From Rebecca billardiae RCC1528 (taxonomy: Eukaryota > Protista > Haptophyta), in contig OZ251233.1 of NCBI GenBank assembly GCA_965240325.2, positions 496,001-560,000 of the forward strand: a stretch of DNA of 64,000 nt. Reading direction: 5' to 3'. How positions within the stretch are numbered: the stretch's first letter is position 1; each line of letters begins with the position of its first letter. The position numbers and the translations under genes were made by a program. Below are positions 54,579-64,000 of the stretch, piece by piece. The notes under the pieces were generated by a model. It saw only the letters and a list, made by a program, of their open reading frames with translations. It ran no database searches and was not told the DNA's origin.

Positions 54579-57500
54579 ATGATGGCCACTGGCTCGCCCG
54601 CGCGGCGAGCTCTCGCGACGCTCGTCGTGCTCGCGGCGATGCGGACGGAGCGCACGCCCGGCTCGGCGCCGGTCGGCCCTCTCGGCGTGGGCGCCGAGTC
54701 CTGGTCGGACGTGCACGCCGGCGTCCACTTTGCGTGCGCGCGCACCGATCTGGGGCGCGTGAAGTGCTGGGGCATGGCGACGTGGGCGCAGCTGGGTACG
54801 GGGGATACCGCTGCGCGTGGCGACAGCGCGGGCGAGCTCGGCGGGGCGCTGCCGTTCATCGACTTCGGCACGGGCCGAACGGCCACGCAGGTCTCCGCGG
54901 GCGGCTACCACTCGTGCGCGCTCCTGTCGGACAGCTCGCTCACGTGGTGCGTGCGCGCGGCACAGAGGCACGCGGCACAGCGGGTCAGCGGCACTGCGGG
55001 CGGCGCTGTGCGCCCCGCGTGGTGGCGTGGCCAGCCACCGAGCCACCCGCGCGATGGCGCTGCGGCTGACGCGCTGCCCCGCGCCCCGCGGGCCTCACAC
55101 ACCGCCCGCCCTCGTCTGCGCGCGCCCGCGCGCGCCCGCGCGTGCAGCTGGGGCCAAGGCTCGGACGGACGCATCGGGACGGGCAACGAGAACCACATCG
55201 GCGACAACCCCGGCGAGATGGGCGACGCGCTGGTGGCCGTCAACCTCGGCAGCGGGCTCACCGCCTCGGACTTCAGCTGCGGCCGGCGCATGACGTGTGC
55301 CATCATCAGCGGCAGTAATCGGATCAAGTGCTTTGGCGTCAACGACCAAGCCAACCTGGGGCTGGGGGACATGGTGGCGCGCAAGCTGACGGCGCAGCTG
55401 GGCGACGCGCTGCCGTACGTCGACCTCGGCATCGACAGCGGTACCAGCGCGCCGCACGTGGTCCAGAAGGTCTCGTGCCGCTTCTACCACACGTGTGCCA
55501 TCACAGCCAAAGGGCTCAAGTGGTGCGCACGCACGCTGCTGCTGCTGCTGCTGCGTGTGTGCGAGCACGGGCCTCGGCGCCACGCCATAGACGGCGGGTG
55601 CCGCCGCGCCGCGCGGTGCTCACGCCGCCCGTCCCTCCCGCGCGTGCGTGCGTTTGTGCTGCTGCACTGCTGCACTGCCCTGCTGCCCTGCTGCCCCCCA
55701 GCTTTGGCGCCAACACGCAGGGGCAGCTCGGGTACGGGGACACGGCCACGCGCGGGGGCTCGAGCGCGCACATGGGCGACAACCTGCCCTTCGTGCAGCT
55801 GGGCGTGGCCGCGGCCGACCTGCTCGACGTCTCTGTCTCGGAGGAGCACTCGTGTGTGCTGGTGACCGGTGGCGGCATCAAGTGCTGGTGAGTGAGAGGC
55901 GCCGCGCGCGAGAGAGAGAGCGCGAGGGGCTCCGGCCGCGGGCAGAGCCGGCGGGCGGGCCGCGGCGCGGCGCGGTGCTCAGCCGTGCGCGAGCGCGTGC
56001 CCCCGCCCCCGCGTGCCGTGCGCAGGGGCCAGAACACCAACGGGCAGGGCGGGTACGGTGACAAGACCGACCGCGGCGCACTGAGCCCGCCGAGCACGGG
56101 CATGGGCGACAGCCTGCCGCTCGTCAGCCTCGGCTCCGGACTGAGCGCGAGCAGCGTGGTCGCAGGCGACCTTCACACGTGCGCGGTGCTCAGCACGGGC
56201 GCGCTCAAATGGTGCGCGCACAAGCACAGCCGCGCGGCGCCGCCGCTGTCCAGACACGCCGGCCGTCCTGCGGGGCGCCGGGCTGCTCTGCCGCGCGCGC
56301 CGCCCTCCGCCGCCGCCCTCCCTCGGCCGCCCGCCTGTGCTCTGAGCCGCGCGCGCCCGCCCCGCGCGCGCGTCGCTGCCCGCGCCGCGGCTGCCTCCAG
56401 CTGGGGCGGCAACACCAACGGCCAGCTCGGGCTGGAGGACACCAACGGGCGCGCGGACGGCGCGGGTGAGATGGGCGACGCGCTGCCGGCCGTGCCGCTG
56501 GGCGCGGGCCGCACGGCGACCAGCGTGAGCGTGAGCGCGTACGGCGGCTTCAGCTGCGCCACGCTGGATGACGGCAACGTCAAGTGGTGCGCGCGGCGCG
56601 CACCCCGCGGCGCGGCGGCGGGGGCGGGTCGCGCGCGGGGCGGGATGCCGGGGAAGGGCGCGGCGGGCGGTGCCGAGCGCGGCCGGCGGGGCGGGCGGCT
56701 GGCGTGCGGGGGTGCGGGCTGGGCCGCCGGGCCATCCTCGGGCCTCCCACCGCCGGTCCCACCGCCGGCTCCAGTCGCCCACTGCCTCCGGCCCAGTCCG
56801 CCCGGCCGCCCAGCCGCGCGTGCGCACGGCGCGGCGTGGCGCGCGGCCTTCCGAGCGCAAGCGCGCGCGCTCAGCTTTGTGGCACTGCGTACCCTGCGTG
56901 TGCGCGCCCCACCCTCCGCCCTTGCGTGCGTGCGCGCAGCTGGGGCGATGGCGCGTACGGGGTGCTGGGGCAGGGGGGCACCTCCACGATCGGCAGCTCA
57001 GCGGGGTCGATGGGCGACGCGCTGCCACCGATCGTGCTGTGGCCGCCTTCGCCTCCGCCCAGCCCGCCCGCGCCGCCACCGAGCCCGCCGCCTCCAAGCC
57101 CGCCGCCATCGCCACCGCCGAGCCCGCCGCCATCGCCACCTCCGAGCCCGCCGCCGAGCCCGCCGCCACCATCACCGCCACCCTCGCCGCCGCCGTCGCC
57201 CCCACCGAGCCCGCCGCCGAGCCCACCGCCGCCCTCGCCGCCGCCCTCGCCACCCCCCTCGCCGCCGCCCTCGCCGCCGCCAAGCCCACCACCCTCGCCG
57301 CCACCGAGCCCACCACCGAGCCCGCCGCCCAGCCCACCGCCCTCGCCACCGCCCAGCCCACCGCCGTCGCCTCCGCCCAGCCCACCGCCGCCATCACCGC
57401 CTCCGAGCCCACCGCCGAGCCCTCCTCCGAGCCCACCGCCCTCGCCGCCACCCTCGCCGCCACCCGCGCAGCCACCCTCGCCGCCACCAAGCCCGCCGCC

Positions 57501-60500
57501 ATCGCCGCCGCCGAGCCCACCGCCCTCGCCTCCGCCAAGCCCACCGCCGCCGAGCCCACCGCCGACCCCACCGCCCAGCCCACCGCCCTCGCCAACGCCG
57601 AGCCCGCCGCCGAGCCCACCGCCGAGTCCACCGCCCTCGCCACCGCCCAGCCCGCCGCCGAGCCCGCCACCCAGCCCGCCGCCGTCACCACCGCCCAGCC
57701 CTCCGCCGAGCCCGCCACCCAGCCCGCCGCCGCCGTCACCACCGCCGAGTCCGCCACCCAGCCCGCCCCCGTCACCACCACCCTCGCCGCCGCCCTCGCC
57801 GCCGCCCTCGCCGCCGCCCTCGCCGCCGCCGAGCCCGCCGCCCTCGCCGCCGCCCTCGCCGCCGCCCTCGCCGCCGCCGAGCCCACCGCCACCGAGCCCA
57901 CCGCCGAGCCCGCCGCCCTCGCCGCCACCGAGCCCGCCGCCCTCGCCACCGCCGTCGCCACCGCCGTCACCACCGCCGAGTCCGCCGCCGTCGCCTCCGC
58001 CGCCCTCACCGCCACCGTCACCGCCGCCGAGCCCGCCGCCCAGCCCACCGCCCAGCCCACCGCCATCACCTCCGCCCAGCCCCCCGCCGAGCCCGCCGCC
58101 GAGTCCGCCGCCGTCGCCACCGCCCAGCCCGCCGCCGAGCCCGCCGCCGAGCCCGCCGCCGTCGCCGCCGCCGAGCCCACCACCGTCGCCGCCGCCGAGC
58201 CCACCTCCGCCATCGCCACCGCCCTCGCCGCCGCCGAGCCCGCCGCCATCGCCGCCGCCATCGCCGCCCCCCTCGCCGCCGCCTTCGCCGCCACCCTTGC
58301 CGCCGCCCTCGCCGCCACCCTCCCCGCCGCCGAGCCCGCCGCCCTCGCCACCACCGAGCCCGCCGCCGCCGAGCCCGCCGCCAAGCCCGCCGCCGTCGCC
58401 GCCCCCGAGCCCGCCGCCGAGCCCTCCGCCAAGCCCACCGCCCTCGCCACCGCCGAGCCCACCGCCGTCGCCGCCACCGCCATCTCCGCCGCCGAGCCCG
58501 CCGCCTAGCCCGCCACCGAGCCCGCCACCGTCGCCGCCACCCTCGCCGCCACCGAGCCCGCCACCGAGCCCGCCGCCCTCACCGCCGCCTTCGCCGCCGC
58601 CGAGCCCACCGCCATCGCCACCTCCACCGAGCCCGCCGCCCTCACCGCCGCCCTCGCCGCCACCGAGCCCGCCGCCCTCACCACCGCCCTCGCCGCCGCC
58701 CTCGCCGCCGCCCAGCCCGCCGCCCTCGCCTCCGCCGTCGCCACCGCCGAGCCCACCGCCCTCGCCTCCGCCGCCGTCACCGCCACCGTCACCGCCGCCG
58801 AGCCCGCCGCCGATCCCACCGCCGATCCCACCGCCGTCGCCACCGCCCAGCCCCCCGCCGAGCCCGCCGCCGAGTCCACCGCCGTCGCCACCGCCCAGCC
58901 CGCCGCCAAGCCCGCCGCCCTCGCCGCCACCGTCGCCGCCGCCGAGCCCGCCACCGTCGCCGCCGCCGAGCCCACCGCCGCCCTCGCCGCCGCCCTCGCC
59001 GCCGCCGAGCCCACCGCCCTCGCCGCCGCCTTCGCCGCCCCCCTCGCCGCCGCCCTCGCCGCCGCCCTCGCCACCCCCCTCGCCGCCGCCCTCGCCACCG
59101 CCGAGCCCGCCGCCTTCGCCACCGCCGAGCCCGCCGCCGCCGAGCCCGCCGCCAAGCCCGCCGCCGTCACCGCCCCCGAGCCCGCCGCCGAGCCCTCCGC
59201 CAAGCCCGCCGCCGTCGCCGCCACCGAGCCCGCCGCCAAGCCCTCCGCCAAGCCCACCGCCCTCGCCACCGCCGAGCCCGCCGCCATCGCCGCCACCGCC
59301 GTCTCCGCCGCCGAGCCCGCCGCCTAGCCCGCCACCGAGCCCGCCACCGTCGCCGCCACCCTCGCCGCCACCGAGCCCGCCACCGAGCCCGCCGCCCTCA
59401 CCGCCGCCTTCGCCGCCGCCGAGCCCACCGCCATCGCCACCTCCACCGAGCCCGCCGCCCTCACCGCCGCCCTCGCCGCCACCGAGCCCGCCGCCCTCAC
59501 CACCGCCCTCGCCGCCGCCCTCGCCGCCGCCCAGCCCGCCGCCCTCGCCTCCGCCGTCGCCACCGCCGAGCCCACCGCCCTCGCCTCCGCCGCCGTCACC
59601 GCCACCGTCACCGCCGCCGAGCCCGCCGCCGAGCCCGCCGCCGAGCCCACCGCCGTCGCCACCGCCCAGCCCCCCGCCGAGCCCGCCGCCGAGTCCACCG
59701 CCGTCGCCACCGCCCAGCCCGCCGCCAAGCCCGCCGCCCTCGCCGCCACCGTCGCCGCCGCCGAGCCCGCCACCGTCGCCGCCGCCGAGCCCACCGCCGC
59801 CCTCGCCGCCGCCCTCGCCGCCGCCGAGCCCACCGCCCTCGCCGCCGCCTTCGCCGCCCCCCTCGCCGCCGCCCTCGCCGCCGCCCTCGCCACCCCCCTC
59901 GCCGCCGCCCTCGCCACCGCCGAGCCCGCCGCCTTCGCCACCGCCGAGCCCACCGCCGCCGAGCCCGCCGCCAAGCCCGCCGCCGTCACCGCCCCCGAGC
60001 CCGCCGCCGAGCCCTCCGCCAAGCCCGCCGCCATCGCCGCCACCGAGCCCGCCGCCGAGCCCTCCGCCAAGCCCACCGCCCTCGCCACCGCCGAGCCCGC
60101 CGCCATCGCCGCCACCGCCGTCTCCGCCGCCGAGCCCGCCGCCTAGCCCGCCACCGAGCCCGCCACCTTCGCCGCCACCCTCGCCGCCACCGAGCCCGCC
60201 ACCGAGCCCGCCGCCCTCACCGCCGCCTTCGCCGCCGCCGAGCCCACCGCCATCGCCACCTCCACCGAGCCCGCCGCCCTCACCGCCGCCCTCGCCGCCA
60301 CCGAGCCCGCCGCCCTCACCACCGCCCTCGCCGCCGCCCTCGCCGCCGCCCAGCCCGCCGCCCTCGCCTCCGCCGTCGCCACCGCCGAGCCCACCGCCCT
60401 CGCCTCCGCCGCCGTCACCGCCACCGTCACCGCCGCCGAGCCCGCCGCCGAGCCCGCCGCCGAGCCCACCGCCGTCGCCACCGCCCAGCCCCCCGCCGAG

Positions 60501-63500
60501 CCCGCCGCCGAGTCCACCGCCGTCGCCACCGCCCAGCCCGCCGCCAAGCCCGCCGCCCTCGCCGCCACCGTCGCCGCCGCCGAGCCCGCCACCGTCGCCG
60601 CCGCCGAGCCCACCGCCGCCCTCGCCGCCGCCCTCGCCGCCGCCGAGCCCACCGCCCTCGCCGCCGCCTTCGCCGCCCCCCTCGCCGCCGCCCTCGCCGC
60701 CGCCCTCGCCACCCCCCTCGCCGCCGCCCTCGCCACCGCCGAGCCCGCCGCCTTCGCCACCGCCGAGCCCGCCGCCGCCGAGCCCGCCGCCAAGCCCGCC
60801 GCCGTCGCCGCCCCCGAGCCCGCCGCCGAGCCCTCCGCCAAGCCCGCCGCCATCGCCACCGCCGAGCCCGCCACCGTCACCGCCACCGCCGTCTCCGCCA
60901 CCGTCGCCGCCCCCGAGCCCGCCACCCAGCCCGCCGCCGTCGCCGCCACCGTCGCCGCCACCCAGCCCGCCACCGAGCCCGCCACCTTCGCCGCCACCCT
61001 CGCCGCCACCGAGCCCGCCACCGAGCCCGCCGCCCTCACCGCCGCCTTCGCCGCCGCCGAGCCCACCGCCATCGCCACCTCCACCGAGCCCGCCGCCCTC
61101 ACCGCCGCCCTCGCCGCCACCGAGTCCGCCGCCCTCACCACCGCCTTCGCCGCCGCCCTCGCCACCGCCCAGCCCGCCGCCCTCGCCTCCACCCTCGCCG
61201 CCGCCGAGCCCGCCACCGAGCCCCCCACCGAGCCCGCCACCGCCATCGCCGCCGCCATCGCCGCCGCCATCGCCGCCGCCGAGCCCGCCGCCATCGCCAC
61301 CGCCATCGCCGCCGCCGAGCCCGCCACCGTCACCACCGCCTTCCCCACCGCCGAGCCCACCGCCTTCGCCACCGCCCAGCCCACCGCCGTCGCCGCCACC
61401 CCCGAGCCCTCCTCCAAGCCCGCCCCCAAGCCCGCCCCCGAGCCCGCCGCCGTCGCCGCCGCCATCGCCACCCCCGAGCCCGCCGCCGAGTCCGCCTCCG
61501 AGCCCGCCGCCGCCATCACCGCCGCCCAGCCCACCGCCGAGCCCACCGCCGTCGCCACCGCCGAGCCCACCGCCGTCGCCACCGCCATCCCCGCCGCCAT
61601 CCCCGCCGCCGAGCCCGCCTCCGCCAAGCCCGCCGCCCTCGCCGCCTCCAAGCCCGCCGCCCACGCCGCCGCCGAGCCCGCCGCCGAGCCCGCCGCCGAG
61701 CCCGCCGCCGAGCCCGCCGCCGAGCCCGCCACCATCGCCGCCGCCCTCTCCGCCACCGTCGCCACCGCCCAGCCCACCGCCGCCAAGCCCACCGCCAAGC
61801 CCGCCTCCTTCGCCGCCTCCGAGCCCGCCACCGTCACCGCCTCCGCCCTCGCCACCGCCGTCGCCGCCCCCGTCGCCGCCGCCTAGCCCACCGCCCAGCC
61901 CGCCGCCCTCGCCGCCACCTAGCCCACCACCCAGCCCGCCGCCGAGCCCGCCGCCGTCGCCGCCGCCGAGCCCACCGCCATCGCCCCCGCCGAGTCCCCC
62001 GCCATCGCCCCCGCCGCGCCCGCCGCCGAGCCCGCCACCGAGCCCGCCGCCGTCGCCCCCGCCGAGCCCACCGCCGAGCCCACCACCCTTGCCGCCGCCA
62101 AGCCCACCGCCAAGCCCGCCGCCGACTCCGCCACCCTCGCCGCCACCGAGTCCGCCGCCAAGTCCGCCGCCGTCGCCGCCGCCATCACCGCCACCGAGCC
62201 CACCACCAAGCCCACCGCCAAGCCCACCACCTTCGCCGCCGCCGAGCCCACCGCCGAGCCCACCGCCCTTGCCGCCGCCCAGCCCGCCGCCAAGCCCGCC
62301 GCCGACTCCGCCACCCTCGCCGCCACCGAGTCCGCCGCCAAGCCCGCCGCCGTCACCGCCGCCATCACCGCCGCCGAGCCCACCACCAAGCCCACCGCCG
62401 AGCCCACCGCCTTCGCCGCCGCCGAGCCCGCCGCCGAGCCCGCCACCGAGCCCGCCGCCCAGCCCACCGCCGTCGCCGCCACCGTCACCGCCACCGAGCC
62501 CACCGCCAAGCCCTCCGCCAAGTCCGCCGCCGAGCCCGCCTCCGAGCCCGCCTCCAAGTCCGCCACCAAGCCCACCGCCCTCTCCGCCACCAAGCCCGCC
62601 ACCAAGCCCGCCCCCGAGCCCACCGCCGAGCCCGCCGCCGAGCCCGCCGCCTTCACCGCCTCCGAGCCCGCCCCCCAGCCCTCCGCCCTCGCCGCCGCCA
62701 AGCCCGCCGCCGTCGCCACCTCCGAGCCCGCCGCCAAGCCCGCCGCCCTCACCGCCACCATCACCGCCACCGAGCCCACCACCGTCGCCGCCGCCTTCGC
62801 CGCCACCGAGTCCGCCGCCCTCACCACCGCCTTCGCCACCGCCCTCGCCGCCGCCCTCGCCGCCGCCGAGCCCGCCGCCTTCACCGCCTCCGAGCCCGCC
62901 CCCAAGCCCTCCGCCCTCGCCGCCGCCAAGCCCGCCACCGAGCCCGCCGCCGAGCCCACCGCCCTCGCCGCCTCCGAGCCCGCCCCCAAGCCCACCGCCT
63001 TCGCCGCCTCCGAGCCCGCCACCAAGCCCGCCACCCTCGCCGCCACCATCACCGCCGCCAAGCCCACCGCCCTCGCCGCCGCCATCGCCGCCGCCAAGCC
63101 CGCCACCAAGCCCACCGCCGAGCCCACCGCCCTCGCCGCCACCGTCGCCGCCGCCGAGCCCACCGCCCTCGCCGCCTCCGAGCCCGCCTCCAAGCCCGCC
63201 GCCTTCACCGCCACCATCACCGCCACCAAGCCCGCCGCCGTCGCCGCCGCCGTCGCCGCCGCCAAGCCCGCCACCGAGCCCCCCACCGAGCCCACCGCCC
63301 TCGCCACCACCATCGCCGCCGCCGAGCCCACCGCCGTCGCCACCGCCATCCCCGCCGCCAAGCCCGCCACCGAGCCCGCCACCCAGCCCGCCGCCCTCGC
63401 CGCCACCGTCCCCACCGCCGATCCCACCGCCCTCACCGCCTCCGAGCCCGCCCCCAAGCCCTCCGCCCTCGCCGCCGCCAAGCCCGCCGCCAAGCCCGCC

Positions 63501-64000
63501 TCCGAGCCCACCGCCCTCGCCGCCGCCCTCGCCGCCGCCGAGCCCACCGCCCTCGCCGCCTCCGAGCCCGCCACCAAGCCCGCCGCCCTCGCCGCCACCG
63601 TCACCGCCGCCAAGCCCGCCGCCGTCGCCGCCGCCGTCGCCGCCCCCAAGCCCACCGCCGAGCCCGCCGCCGAGCCCACCGCCCTCGCCGCCACCGTCGC
63701 CGCCGCCGAGCCCGCCGCCCTCGCCGCCACCGTCGCCGCCGCCGAGCCCACCGCCCTCGCCGCCTCCAAGCCCGCCACCGAGCCCGCCGCCTTCACCGCC
63801 ACCGTCACCGCCACCGAGCCCGCCGCCCTCGCCGCCGCCCTCGCCGCCGCCAAGCCCGCCACCGAGCCCGCCGCCGAGCCCACCGCCCTCACCGCCTCCG
63901 AGCCCGCCCCCAAGCCCACCGCCCTCGCCGCCGCCGTCACCGCCACCAAGCCCGCCACCCTCACCGCCGCCCTCGCCGCCCCCAAGCCCGCCACCGAGTC
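54579..64000 (+). CDS. Secreted RCC1/BLIP-II-repeat protein with a giant extensin-like Ser-Pro(2-4) domain (3' end outside the window); introns 54947-55147, 55523-55701, 55888-56025, 56212-56400 and 56587-56939
   Basis: Signal-like N-terminus, then seven KC(W/F)G..GQLG..D...GEMGD.LP.V.LG repeats with H(S/T)CA motifs. After the last intron the frame reads ...DALPPIVLWPPSPPPSPP... with no stop to 64000. Confidence 0.9.
57043..64000 (+). repeat. Coding minisatellite (SPPP/SPPPP units) containing about three 819-bp higher-order tandem copies
   Basis: The marker ccgcctagcccgcc recurs at about 58501, 59320 and 60139 (819-bp period). Antisense ORFs at 58505, 59324 and 60143 repeat accordingly. Confidence 0.93.

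Noticed and set aside
56871-63994. Gly-rich and Ala-rich minus-strand ORFs (1597 aa etc.) and the AEPTA-repeat plus frame
   Set aside because: These are antisense or shifted readings of the Ser-Pro repeat. Only the Ser-Pro frame is stop-free and spliced in frame to the RCC1 exons.

Overview
Very GC-rich eukaryotic genomic DNA with spliceosomal GT-AG introns, mostly with GTGCGC-type donors. Composition and gene content suggest a microalga, possibly a Pavlovales-type haptophyte; this is inference only. About 12 protein genes are supported: two tandem polysaccharide pyruvyltransferase paralogues, a GT-like protein, a TPR-COG0523 GTPase fusion, a pepsin-like protease, an NDK-like protein, a giant IQ/WD40/pseudokinase protein, a four-domain voltage-gated Ca/Na channel, a hybrid histidine kinase, DBP5/DDX19, an interrupted orphan ORF, and an RCC1-repeat protein with a >2,300-aa Ser-Pro tail that runs off the window. 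Roughly a quarter of the window is mobile DNA. Six TIR elements have readable target-site duplications, four of them foldbacks with 425-910 bp arms whose inner ends stop at or near an inward-facing ATG. An 8.1-kb DIRS-like retroelement complex (32612-40749) carries a decayed RT/RNase H, split terminal repeats joined through a CA dinucleotide, a hairpin-dense 335-bp end and a polarised array of about 17 structured 183-bp units. It sits about 107 bp upstream of the channel start codon, and a foldback element has duplicated that same gene's stop codon. Coordinates were counted by eye; no database search or folding was run.
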